DNA of 64,000 nucleotides from Thermoanaerobaculia bacterium. GTDB lineage: Bacteria > Acidobacteriota > Thermoanaerobaculia > Multivoradales > UBA5704. The notes below the pieces were generated by a model that was given only the letters and a program-made list of their open reading frames with translations, was not told where the DNA came from and did not search any database. Every line of letters begins with the position of its first letter. Position 1 is the stretch's first letter. This document shows, one piece after another, positions 10,942 to 21,790 of the stretch. A program made the position numbers and the translations under genes. The DNA lies in contig JBGAGQ010000028.1 in NCBI GenBank assembly GCA_044226625.1, positions 1 to 64,000 of the forward strand, given 5' to 3'.

Positions 10942-11769
10942 ATGAAAAATTCCGACACGCTCCCAGGGAGACAGTACGTTTCAATTCCACTCGGTCTTAC
11001 TCGGCTGGCTCGGCTCGCGGTGTTTTCCGGATTCGCCGGGTTTGCTGTCCTCTCGCTCGGCGCCTGCGGCCGATCCAATGAAAAGGTCGACGAACCGGCC
11101 GCGAAGGTCTCGCAGGATGCGGCCCCCGTGGCCTCGACGGTTGAGGAACCGGCCGGTGCCGCCCCCTCGGCCGCTTCTCTCGCCTCTCCGGGCTCGGCCC
11201 CGCCGAAGGTGCTGTTCGTGGGCGACAGCCTCACCGCCGGGCTTGGCGTGTCGGTCGAAGAGGCGTTCCCTGCGCGGGTGGGGGAGATCCTCGCCGCCGA
11301 GGGGCACCCGATCCAGGTAATCAACGCCGGGGTGAGCGGCGACGTGAGCGCCGGCGGTGTGAGTCGCATCGATTGGTTGTTGCGGCAGAAGCCGGCGGTC
11401 GTGGTGGTCGAGCTGGGCGCCAACGACGCCCTCCGCGGCCAGCCGCTCGCGGATCTCGAAAAGAACCTGCGCGCGGTCGTCGAGCGCTCCCAGGCGGCCG
11501 GGGCGAAGGTCCTGATCCTGGGCATGAGGATCCCGCCCAACTACGGCAAGGACTACGCGGACGGCTTCGAGGCGATCTTCCCCCGGGTGGCCGAGGCGAC
11601 CGGCTCGGCTCTCGTCCCGTTCCTCTTGGAGGGGGTGGGAGGAGAGCCGGAGCTCAACCAGGCGGACGGCATCCATCCGACCGTCGAGGGGCATCGGATC
11701 TTGGCGAAAACCGTCGCCCCATACCTCGCCCGCGTGCTCGAGTCGCTCGGCACGCTCGAGAGAAAGTGA
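10942..11769 (+). CDS. tesA: TesA-like arylesterase/acyl-CoA thioesterase (SGNH), probable lipoprotein
   Basis: GDSLTAG, NAGVSG, ELGANDALRG, DGIHP, LGAC lipobox; divergent from ybbAP as in the conserved tesA-ybbAP locus. Confidence 0.9.
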   Translation: MKNSDTLPGRQYVSIPLGLTRLARLAVFSGFAGFAVLSLGACGRSNEKVDEPAAKVSQDAAPVASTVEEPAGAAPSAASLASPGSAPPKVLFVGDSLTAGLGVSVEEAFPARVGEILAAEGHPIQVINAGVSGDVSAGGVSRIDWLLRQKPAVVVVELGANDALRGQPLADLEKNLRAVVERSQAAGAKVLILGMRIPPNYGKDYADGFEAIFPRVAEATGSALVPFLLEGVGGEPELNQADGIHPTVEGHRILAKTVAPYLARVLESLGTLERK

Positions 11770-11813
11770 TCGCGCCTCTTGTGATGAGCGGAGATCACGA
11801 GTATCATTTCGAC

Positions 11814-12419
11814 ATGAGCGACCGACCGTATCCGACCGGCTCGGCGTACGCCGGAGAAATCGCCGAATCGGTGGCCCTGGCCTACGGCGAGAGCCCCTGG
11901 CCGAAGGCGGACCTGATCGCCCTCGTCCGCTCCCTGCTCCAGGCCGAGTCAGTCAGCCGGCGGAGCGCCGCGACGCTGATCGAGGCGATGCTGCCGGATA
12001 TGCCCGTGCCCAGCCCGGCGGCGGTGCTCCAGGCGCGGCGCAACGCGGCGGCCCGCGACCAACTACTGCGCGAGTTCGGGGGGCTGTCGAGCCGCGAGGT
12101 GGCGGAACGGGCGGGGTCGCGCGCGCGGAACCGGGCGGCCCTCGCGAACCGGTGGAAGCAGGAGGGGCGGATCTTCTCCGTACTCCACCGCGGGGCCGAG
12201 GTCTTTCCCGGATACCAGTTCGACGAGCAGGGGCAGCCGCTCGCCGCGGTGCGCGACGTCGCCGTGGCCCTCTCGGGCCGGTCGTCGTGGGAGCTCGCCC
12301 TCTGGTTCGCGGCCGACAACGGTTGGCTGGAGGGACGCAGGCCCGTCGACCTTCTGGAGACGGAGCCGGAGGCCGTCGCGGCGGCGGCCGGGCGCGCGGC
12401 GGAGGGGATCGTCTTCTGA
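11814..12419 (+). CDS. Xre/MbcA/ParS-like antitoxin
   Basis: HTH-like segment, FPGYQF, WF...NGWLEGRRPVDLL; immediately upstream of a RES gene. Confidence 0.75.
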   Translation: MSDRPYPTGSAYAGEIAESVALAYGESPWPKADLIALVRSLLQAESVSRRSAATLIEAMLPDMPVPSPAAVLQARRNAAARDQLLREFGGLSSREVAERAGSRARNRAALANRWKQEGRIFSVLHRGAEVFPGYQFDEQGQPLAAVRDVAVALSGRSSWELALWFAADNGWLEGRRPVDLLETEPEAVAAAAGRAAEGIVF

Positions 12420-13069
12420 CCTCGACCGAAGGAACCCGACCCCGGCTCCCTTCACCGCCCGAAACGCTCGATCCTCTGACCGAGATCTGGACCCCCGGCG
12501 AGCCCGTCGTGCGTTGTCACGACGGGCGTTTCGGCGCGACGGAGTTCAACCCGGGGTTTGGGGCCGGGCGGTTCCATCCGTTCGACGACGGGCGGGGAAG
12601 GGCCGTTCCGACGATTTATGGGGCCTCCTCGTTCGACGGGGCGCTTTCGGAGACGCTCTTCCACGACGTTCCGCTCGGCGGTGGGTTCCGGATCGTCGAA
12701 CGCTCCGCCCTGCGGCCGCTCCTGATCTCGGTCGTGGGGGCGCGCCGGCCGCTCCGTTTCGCCCAGCTCCACGGGTTCGGCCTCAGTCGCCTCGGGGTGA
12801 GGCGCGTCGACCTGATCGAGTCGGAGGCCTCCTCCTACCGGGCGACGGCCGCTTGGGCCTCGGCGCTCCACGCTTCGTCCGAGCGGTTCGATGGGCTGGT
12901 CTGGATCTCCCGACAGCACGACACCTCACGGGCGGTCGTCCTGTTCGGCGACCGGGTCGAGCGGCGGGACCTCGAAATGGTGGACGCCCCGATGCCTCTC
13001 TACCTGGGCGCCGGCTATCTTCGGGTGCTCGAGGCCGCCGAGGCGGCGGGAATCACGATCGTCGAGTGA
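12416..13069 (+). CDS. RES-domain toxin (NAD+ phosphorylase family)
   Basis: R (GRFHP), E (LSETLFH) and S (WISRQH) motifs. Likely CTG start overlapping the antitoxin stop. Confidence 0.8.
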   Translation: MTSTEGTRPRLPSPPETLDPLTEIWTPGEPVVRCHDGRFGATEFNPGFGAGRFHPFDDGRGRAVPTIYGASSFDGALSETLFHDVPLGGGFRIVERSALRPLLISVVGARRPLRFAQLHGFGLSRLGVRRVDLIESEASSYRATAAWASALHASSERFDGLVWISRQHDTSRAVVLFGDRVERRDLEMVDAPMPLYLGAGYLRVLEAAEAAGITIVE

Positions 13070-13070
13070 G

Positions 13071-13892
13071 CTAAAGACCCGACCGTTTCGCCTCGTTCCA
13101 AAGTGCGTCCATCTCCTCGAGCGTAGCGTCGGCCGGGCTTTTGCCCGCCGCGGCGAGGCCGGCCTCGATCGCCTCGAACCGGCGGCGGAACTTCAGGTTC
13201 GCCCGCGCGAGGGCCGCCTCGGGATCGAGGTCGAGCTTGCGGCCGAGATTCGCCAGGGTGAACAGGAGGTCGCCGAGCTCTTCGGCGATGGCTTCGCGAC
13301 TTGCGTCGCGCGTCGCCTCCCGGTCCGTGGATTCCTCGCCGCGCTCGAGCGCTTGGCGGAGCTCCCCCAGTTCTTCCTCCACCTTGTCCAGGACCGAGGA
13401 GGCGTCCGGCCAGTCGAAGCCGACCCCTGCGGCCTTCTGGGTCAGCCGGTAGGAGGAGAGCAGGGCGGGAAGCGAGGCGGAGACCCCGGCGAGCACCGAA
13501 CGGCCCGGATCTTTTTTCACCTTCCGCCGCTCCCAGGCCTCGCGCACCGCCTGGGCGTCGGAAAGGCTCGCTCGGTCCTCCTCGGCGCCGAAGACGTGGG
13601 GGTGCCGGGCGACCATCTTCGCGTGCACTCCCTCGATCGCCTGGGCGAGCTCGAACGCCCCGGCCTCCTCGGCGAGGCGGCCGATGAACGCGACCTGGAA
13701 CAGGAGGTCGCCGAGCTCCGCGGCCACCTCCTCCCAATCGCCGGAGTCGATCGCGCCCGCCGTTTCATGGGCCTCTTCGAGCAGGTAGGCTCGAACATCC
13801 GCGAGCGACTGCTCGCGGTCCCACGGGCAGCCGTCCGGCGCGCGGAGGCGGGCGACGAGGTCGACGAGCTTCTGGAGGTCGGGGGCGGGCAT
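13071..13892 (-). CDS. mazG: Nucleoside triphosphate pyrophosphohydrolase MazG
   Basis: LRAPDGCPWDREQ, EEAHE, ELGDLLFQ, RHPHVF, GFDW, KFRRRF. Confidence 0.95.
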   Translation of the reverse strand: MPAPDLQKLVDLVARLRAPDGCPWDREQSLADVRAYLLEEAHETAGAIDSGDWEEVAAELGDLLFQVAFIGRLAEEAGAFELAQAIEGVHAKMVARHPHVFGAEEDRASLSDAQAVREAWERRKVKKDPGRSVLAGVSASLPALLSSYRLTQKAAGVGFDWPDASSVLDKVEEELGELRQALERGEESTDREATRDASREAIAEELGDLLFTLANLGRKLDLDPEAALARANLKFRRRFEAIEAGLAAAGKSPADATLEEMDALWNEAKRSGL

Positions 13893-14068
13893 GGATTGGA
13901 AGGGCGAAGGGCCGGAGACGCCGTAGATTGCCGGGGCGGCCTTATGATCGCCTCTACGAATCGACTTGCCGCGGGAGATTTGCGCTTGCTACGCTTTTTG
14001 TCAACGTTCGTACCTCGTTTCCCCCCTTCCACGCCGAGCTGGCTTTCGAAAGATGGGGTCCTCGCCCC

Positions 14069-14575
14069 GTGAGCGACGAAAAGATCAAGGTCACCGACAA
14101 GAGGATGTTCACGGCGGACGGCAAGCTTCGGGAGGAATACAGCTTCCTCGCCGAGCCCCGCGCGGCCGAGCCGGAGGTTGCCGAGACCGGCGCTCCCGAG
14201 GCGCCGACTCCTGCCGCTTCACCCGCTGCCCCGGCCCCTGTCGGGGCGGCCGCTACGCCGCCTCAAGGCCCTCCGGGACGCGGCGAGGAGGGCGGGAGCG
14301 CCCGCCTGGAGCTTCCCGGTACGCCGCCCGGCCTCGGTCGGCCGACGTTTTACGACCTGGTGAGCCTGCTCGCCGAGCCGATCGCCATCTATCTCGGCGA
14401 CCTCGAGCTTCCGACCGGCGAGTCGGCCGAGAATCTGGAGATGGCGCGGCTGCACATCGACCTGCTGGACGTCCTCCGGCAGAAGACGGCCGGGCATTTG
14501 AGCGTCCAGGAGGCCGCCTACCTCGAAGACCTCCTCTATCGCTCCCGGGTTCGCTATGTCCAAAAGCGGGGCTGA
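14069..14575 (+). CDS. DUF1844 domain protein
   Basis: KIKVTDKR N-terminus; NLEMARLHIDLLDVLRQKTAG.LS..E...LEDLLY..R.RYV. Confidence 0.75.
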   Translation: MSDEKIKVTDKRMFTADGKLREEYSFLAEPRAAEPEVAETGAPEAPTPAASPAAPAPVGAAATPPQGPPGRGEEGGSARLELPGTPPGLGRPTFYDLVSLLAEPIAIYLGDLELPTGESAENLEMARLHIDLLDVLRQKTAGHLSVQEAAYLEDLLYRSRVRYVQKRG

Positions 14576-16319
14576 GGCCCAGCCTCGTCGCGCGCTCGCC
14601 GTCCTCGGGGGCCTGGCGGTCCTGGCGGCGTTCCTCGGTCTGGGGGATGTCCGGCCGGCCGCCGCCGCGCTCGACGAGCCACGCTTCGAGCTAGGCGACC
14701 CCGTGTCGCGCACCCTCCATCAGACCCAGGACCAGGCGGTGCAGTGGCTGGTCCAGGGCGATCCCGACAAGTCCGTCGACCGGGTGACCGACCTGCTCGA
14801 GACGACCCGCGGTCTCGGTTTCGCGCGCATCCCGGATCTCGCCCGCGGCGCGCTCCTGCGCGCGGTCGACGGCGCCCGCAAGGGAGATTTCGACCTCTCT
14901 CGCCAGGCGCTCGCCGCGGCGGAACGGTTCGATCCCGGCCGTCCGGAGATCTCGTTCGCCGCCGCGACCGTGGCGCGGATCGGCGGCCGGTATCCGACCG
15001 CGGTCGGCCAGACCTTCGTCGGCGTCTGGAGGGTCCTCACCTGGCCTTTCGAGCGTCGATTGTTTCTCGAGGGAATGTTGGTCTGGGCGTTGTGGCTGCT
15101 GCTCGCCGCGGCCGCCCTCTTCGTCGCGATCCAGTTCGCGGCTAAGGGCGGCGCGTTGCTCGCGGACGTCGGCCGGATCTTCTCCGCCCGATCGAGTCGC
15201 TTCTCCCTGCCGTTCGCGGTCGCCGTCGCGGTCTGGCCGCTCGTCCTGCCGACCGGCCTGATCTGGCTCGTGCTCTGGTGGTCGGTGCTGCTCTGGGGCT
15301 ACGCCTCGGTGAGCGAGCGGGTGGTGCTCGCGAGCGCCTGGGCCCTCCTCGCGATCGCTTCGCCGGTGCTCTCCGAGCAGCGCCAGCGCCTGGCGATCGC
15401 TCTCTCCCCGCCGGCCCTCGCTCTCGACAGCCTGGAGCGCCGGGAGCTTTCGGGCGATCTGTTCAACGACCTCGGCACGCTCAGGACCCTGCTGCCGGAG
15501 AGCGTCGCGGTCCGTCAACTGGTCGCCGACGTCCACCGTCGGCTCGGTCAGTGGGAGCCGGCCCGAGAACTCTACCTGGAAGTGATCCAAAAGGAGCCGC
15601 GCAACTCCTCCGCCCTGGTGGACGTCGGTTCCTATTATCTGGTGCGCCACGAATACGAGCAGGCGATCGAACAGTACAAGCGGGCGGGCGAGGTGGACTT
15701 GCAGAGCGCCGAGGCGCAGTACAACTTGTCGTGGGCCTACCGCGGCTCGTACCGGTTCCAGGAAGCCGAGCGCGCCGACGCCGAGGCCCGGACGCGCGAC
15801 CGCGCGAAGGTCGAGGGGTGGGTCCAGCGAGCCGAGCGGGTGGTGACGCTCGACGGCGGATTCGATCGCATTCCCGAGATCCGCGCCCAGCTCGAGGAGA
15901 AGCTCGCGAGCCCCGCCGCCTCCCGGCGTGGACGGGGGGATCTCCTGCGACGGTTCGGCACCGCGGGCGTCGCGCTCTCCCTGCTGCTCGTGGCGGTGGC
16001 GCTCGACGCGATCCGGCGGAACCGCTCCGGCTATAGCGACGTTCCGCTCGCGGTGAAGGTCGGTTCGCGTCCCTCGCAGCGTTGGCTTCGGGTCCTCCTG
16101 CCCGGCTTGCCGTCGGCGGAGGTGGGGGACGGCCTACGTGGGTTCGGGGCGATGCTCGGCGCCCTCGCCTTCATCTCGATTCCGTTCCTGCCTCGGCTCG
16201 GATTCCGTCTCCCCGGGGGCTTCGGGCTCGGTCAGGGGACCGCCTGGACGCTGATGCTCCTCGGCCTCGCCGTGTTCTACTTCGCACGCTACCGCTTCGA
16301 TCTGGCGAACGAGATCTGA
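14556..16319 (+). CDS. TPR-containing integral membrane protein
   Basis: Signal peptide, several TM helices and TPR-like repeats (ALVDVG..YL...EYEQAIEQY, AQYNLS). Confidence 0.65.
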   Translation: MSKSGAEAQPRRALAVLGGLAVLAAFLGLGDVRPAAAALDEPRFELGDPVSRTLHQTQDQAVQWLVQGDPDKSVDRVTDLLETTRGLGFARIPDLARGALLRAVDGARKGDFDLSRQALAAAERFDPGRPEISFAAATVARIGGRYPTAVGQTFVGVWRVLTWPFERRLFLEGMLVWALWLLLAAAALFVAIQFAAKGGALLADVGRIFSARSSRFSLPFAVAVAVWPLVLPTGLIWLVLWWSVLLWGYASVSERVVLASAWALLAIASPVLSEQRQRLAIALSPPALALDSLERRELSGDLFNDLGTLRTLLPESVAVRQLVADVHRRLGQWEPARELYLEVIQKEPRNSSALVDVGSYYLVRHEYEQAIEQYKRAGEVDLQSAEAQYNLSWAYRGSYRFQEAERADAEARTRDRAKVEGWVQRAERVVTLDGGFDRIPEIRAQLEEKLASPAASRRGRGDLLRRFGTAGVALSLLLVAVALDAIRRNRSGYSDVPLAVKVGSRPSQRWLRVLLPGLPSAEVGDGLRGFGAMLGALAFISIPFLPRLGFRLPGGFGLGQGTAWTLMLLGLAVFYFARYRFDLANEI

Positions 16320-16341
16320 GGCGCCCGAAGGCGAGATCCAG

Positions 16342-17586
16342 ATGAGCGTCGAAGGCAACCTCGATCTCTTTCAGCTGCCCGAGATCCTGCAGCTGATCGC
16401 CCAGCAGCAGAAGACCGGCATTCTCACGGTCCAAGGGACCGAGGACATCGTCGCGATCTCCTTCCTGCACGGGAAGATCGTCGTCGCGGACTCCCTGAAC
16501 CAGGCGGTCGAGGAGGGGTTGAAGCAGGTCTTGGTCGATACCGGGGTGCTCTCGGCCGCGGACTTCGCGCGGGCCGCGAGCGAGCAGGCGACGACCGGCC
16601 AGAGGCTGATCGACTTCCTGGTCGAGCGGCGGTTCGTTTCGCGCGCCCGGCTGCTCGAGGCGTTGCGGGTCCATACCCGGCAGCTGCTCGAGACGCTCCT
16701 CGACTGGCGGGAGGGCGATTTCAAGTTCTATTCGGGCGACGAGGTCTCCTACGAGGAAGGCTTCGTGCCGATCCGGGTCGACGAGCTGCTCCTGCATGCG
16801 GTGAGCGCGAAGGCCGCCCCTCCGGCGCCGCCCCGCCGAGCCCCGGCGCCCTCGCCGGCGCCGCCCCCCGGCCCGCCGTCTGGGCCGCCCTCGATGTCCA
16901 TGGATGCCCCCTCCCTCGCGCCGATGGTCCCGCCGGACGGCGCGAGGCCGGGAGGCTCCGGGGCGGTGTTGGGATTCCCGCCCGCGGCGCGGGCCGCCGA
17001 GGCCCGGTCCAGCGAGATGCTGCCGGCGATCGTCGTTCCGTTCCCCGGGACGGAGCCCGCCCATGGACCCGCCGGCCCGCTCGGGAAGGTGGGAGGCGTG
17101 GGGATCCGGCAAATGACGCTCGATCCCACCCCGGTTTCGCGGCCGGCTCGGCATTTGGGGCGGATCCTCGCCGTGCTCGCGACGTTGGGGATCGTTGCGT
17201 TGACGTTCTTCCGCCCGGGGCAGGTGGTTTTGCCGTTTTCCTGGCAGTCCGCCTCGCTCCAAGGCCTCGACGAGACCCAGCGGTCGGCCCAGTTCCTGAA
17301 AATCGATCGGGCGGCCCAGACCTTCTATCTGCTCGAGGGTCGCTTCCCCGAGCATCTCCGGGAGCTGCGCGATCGCGGCCTGCTGGGCTCGCAGGACCTG
17401 GTCGACGTCGATGGGAGACCTCTCCGCTTCATCGCCCACGAGAAGACCTACCAGCTGCATGCCGAAGGTCGGAGCGAGGGGGAAGAAGAGGTCCAGCGGA
17501 GCATCTCGGGCAATTTCCTCCTCGATCCCGAATTCCTCGCCGTTCGCCCCGGTAGCCGGGTCGCCCCTCTCGTCCTCCTCGACTGA
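16342..17586 (+). CDS. DUF4388 (PATAN-like) domain membrane protein
   Basis: EGNL..FQLPEILQLIAQQQKTGIL, LLDWREGDFKF, Pro-rich linker, one TM helix. Confidence 0.8.
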   Translation: MSVEGNLDLFQLPEILQLIAQQQKTGILTVQGTEDIVAISFLHGKIVVADSLNQAVEEGLKQVLVDTGVLSAADFARAASEQATTGQRLIDFLVERRFVSRARLLEALRVHTRQLLETLLDWREGDFKFYSGDEVSYEEGFVPIRVDELLLHAVSAKAAPPAPPRRAPAPSPAPPPGPPSGPPSMSMDAPSLAPMVPPDGARPGGSGAVLGFPPAARAAEARSSEMLPAIVVPFPGTEPAHGPAGPLGKVGGVGIRQMTLDPTPVSRPARHLGRILAVLATLGIVALTFFRPGQVVLPFSWQSASLQGLDETQRSAQFLKIDRAAQTFYLLEGRFPEHLRELRDRGLLGSQDLVDVDGRPLRFIAHEKTYQLHAEGRSEGEEEVQRSISGNFLLDPEFLAVRPGSRVAPLVLLD

Positions 17587-17711
17587 CCCTTCTCGGGAGA
17601 TCGCCGCGCCCGGCGGTTGGTGGACAAACGGCGCACCGGGGCCAGAGGAGGTTCGGACAGCTCCGGCGGCCGAGATATGAGTGTTTCGATGTAGATCTCT
17701 GATTTTCGGGA

Positions 17712-17741
17712 ATTGACTCGGGTTCGCTTAGGTTTTAACCT
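17712..17741 (+). promoter_or_regulatory. Sigma70-type promoter of dnaK overlapped by a degenerate HAIR (HspR operator)
   Basis: TTGACT-N17-TAACCT (17713-17741). ATTGACT-N7-GCTTAGG matches the HAIR consensus CTTGAGT-N7-ACTCAAG at 9/14. Confidence 0.6.
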
Positions 17742-17812
17742 CCGTACGCGATGCGGCGAGCGACGAACGCAGGTTTCGCCCCGCGACCATCCCGCGAACC
17801 CAGGAGGAGAGC

Positions 17813-19708
<1,896 letters not shown>

Positions 19709-19763
19709 GCTTGGCGGGTTCTCGGTCGACAGGAACAAGCGAGAAACGGGCAAAGGAGAGCCG

Positions 19764-20207
19764 ATGTCTCCGCGCAAGAATTATCTCGACGAGCTGGCTC
19801 GCATCCAACAGCGGATCAACGCGCTGTTCGAGCAGGCTCTCCTGTCGACCGAGCTGGACGATCGGGAGATCTCTCCTCCGGGTTTTTGGACCCCGGCGGT
19901 CGACGTGCTGGAGACCGAGGACGGTTACTCGATCCATGCCGAGCTGCCGGGGGTCCGCCGGGAGGACATCGACCTGCAGGCCGAGGATCGGCGGTTGGAG
20001 ATCTCCGGCCGCCGCCAGCCCGCCGAGGGCCACCGGAGCTTCCTTCGCATGGAGCGGAGCTACGGCAGGTTTCGCCGCGTTTTCGAGCTGGGGTTCGCGA
20101 TCGACGTCGAAGGGATCTCCGCGCAGTTCCAGCAGGGAGTCCTTCGAGTCTCGGTGCCCAAGCGACGTATGGAAAGCGTGAAGATCACCCCCCGCCAGGA
20201 GGCTTGA
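19764..20207 (+). CDS. Hsp20/alpha-crystallin small heat-shock protein
   Basis: WTPAVDV.E, AELPGV, ERSYGRF.R, A.FQQGVL.V.VPK. Confidence 0.9.
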   Translation: MSPRKNYLDELARIQQRINALFEQALLSTELDDREISPPGFWTPAVDVLETEDGYSIHAELPGVRREDIDLQAEDRRLEISGRRQPAEGHRSFLRMERSYGRFRRVFELGFAIDVEGISAQFQQGVLRVSVPKRRMESVKITPRQEA

Positions 20208-20208
20208 G

Positions 20209-20592
20209 GTGGCGCGTCGAAGGAAAGCGGACGACAGCTCGTTCGTGATGATCAGCGTGGTCTCGGAGCGATTCGGAATCCATCCGCAGACCTTGCGTCT
20301 CTACGAGCGGGAGGGGCTGATCAAACCGGTACGGAGCGCGGGCAACACCCGCCTCTACGACGAGGTGGCGATCCGCCGGCTGAAGATGATTCTCGCGCTC
20401 ACCCGCGACATGGGCGTAAACCTCGCGGGGGTCGAGGTCATCCTCAACCTCCAAGAACGCCTCGACCAGGTTCAAGGCGAGCTCGACAAAGTCCTCGACT
20501 TCGTCCGCCAAGAGATGTCCGACCGCCGCGCCGGTGTCGACCGCCAACACGCCCTGGTAAAGATCGAGCGGGGGGCGTTGGTCAAGCGGTAG
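20209..20592 (+). CDS. hspR: HspR heat-shock repressor (MerR family)
   Basis: ISVV....IHPQTLRLYEREGLI.P.RS.GNTRLY, GVNLAGV; located in the dnaK operon. Confidence 0.9.
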   Translation: MARRRKADDSSFVMISVVSERFGIHPQTLRLYEREGLIKPVRSAGNTRLYDEVAIRRLKMILALTRDMGVNLAGVEVILNLQERLDQVQGELDKVLDFVRQEMSDRRAGVDRQHALVKIERGALVKR

Positions 20593-20724
20593 ACAATCGG
20601 CCTATTGGCATATCGAATTTTTATAAAAACGATGCGGCCGTGGGGCGAATCCTGTAGATTTCTCGCGTCTAAGAGGGGAAATTGAGAAAGGCGGTAGCTT
20701 AGGTCTTTCTCGACAGGAGAGAGA

Positions 20725-21702
20725 ATGGTCGAGGAGATTCTCTGGAGAATCCTAGTCTGGGGCAGATTGTACTTGCGGTGGGCGTTCGGATTAATTTTCA
20801 ACACATGGATGATGTTTGGTTTATTTGCAACAGGGCTCCTTGCTTCGAACAGGGATGGCGCTTCTGGCTGTCTTGCTCCGCTAGTTCTGGCGTTATTGCT
20901 AGTTGGTTCAGATGTGGCCGCAGCGTTCTCTATCGAGCAGGATAGGAAGCGTGAGGCTGCCGAAAAAGATAACTTCACGGGCGGTAGATTGTTCTTTCGA
21001 TACGGAGATGAGATTCACAGAGCGATATTCTCGATAAAGGTTGGAGATTCATGGTCAAAACAGCAAGTAGATTTGTTTGCGGTGAAGCTGCGGGATGAAA
21101 TGGCTAGTCGTTTGGCGGCCAGGCTTTCCTGTGATCGCTGTGGAGTGAGCGCAGTCGCAATCCGAAACTCGTTAACAGGCAGTGAAAAGATCTTCCTCCG
21201 GATATTGGCTACCACTCCCCGGGGGAGTCTCGTTGCCCATTTCGCGCATTATGCACCCTTCCAAAATACGATCACGGCTCATTATTTTACCTTTGCGCGT
21301 GGCACGGTAGGAATTCCGGAGACCATCCTCTGGGTTTTGGAGGCGCCCTACCGCATTTGGTTCTGGGGGATACCCTGGTTGTTGAACCGGTATAGCGTCC
21401 TGTCCGAGGTAAGTGATTTCAGGAATGATTCGTACGACCTCATAGACCTCCAGACGATGTACATGATGATCAGCGACAGCCTGTTGCGAGTTACGGCGGA
21501 TGTGCTGCGAGACGAAGGGCTTCTCACGGAGGAGTTGCAGACCATAATTGTGAATCAACTCTTCTCGGCGCAGCAGGTGAACATCGGTGGCCCGCGTTCT
21601 CAGTTCCTGAATGTTTCTGTGAGTGGGGACTCTTCGGTTGGGAATGTGTCCCAAGAGGCCAATGTGAACGAAGTTGGACCGTCTGGCAAAGACGTCGCGT
21701 AG
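20725..21702 (+). CDS. Hypothetical membrane protein with a C-terminal amyloid-like motif
   Basis: AT-richer than the flanks; two N-terminal hydrophobic helices, a Trp-rich amphipathic segment, and the tail QQVNIGG..SQFLNVSVSGDSSVGNVSQ. Confidence 0.75.
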   Translation: MVEEILWRILVWGRLYLRWAFGLIFNTWMMFGLFATGLLASNRDGASGCLAPLVLALLLVGSDVAAAFSIEQDRKREAAEKDNFTGGRLFFRYGDEIHRAIFSIKVGDSWSKQQVDLFAVKLRDEMASRLAARLSCDRCGVSAVAIRNSLTGSEKIFLRILATTPRGSLVAHFAHYAPFQNTITAHYFTFARGTVGIPETILWVLEAPYRIWFWGIPWLLNRYSVLSEVSDFRNDSYDLIDLQTMYMMISDSLLRVTADVLRDEGLLTEELQTIIVNQLFSAQQVNIGGPRSQFLNVSVSGDSSVGNVSQEANVNEVGPSGKDVA

Positions 21703-21790
21703 GGCGGCGGTTCAAAGGCCCGTGCGAGGCGTAGTTGAACTCGAGCCACGGTTGGTTATTATTTCACCGTCGTGTTGAAGTAGGGGTGCT

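Noticed and set aside
17590-17812. CIRCE element upstream of dnaK
   Set aside because: No TTAGCACTC-N9-GAGTGCTAA match; a HAIR-like site and the adjacent hspR fit better.
20725-21702. Bacterial gasdermin as the CHAT partner
   Set aside because: It has N-terminal TM helices and no recognisable gasdermin pattern by eye; a fold search would be needed to exclude it fully.
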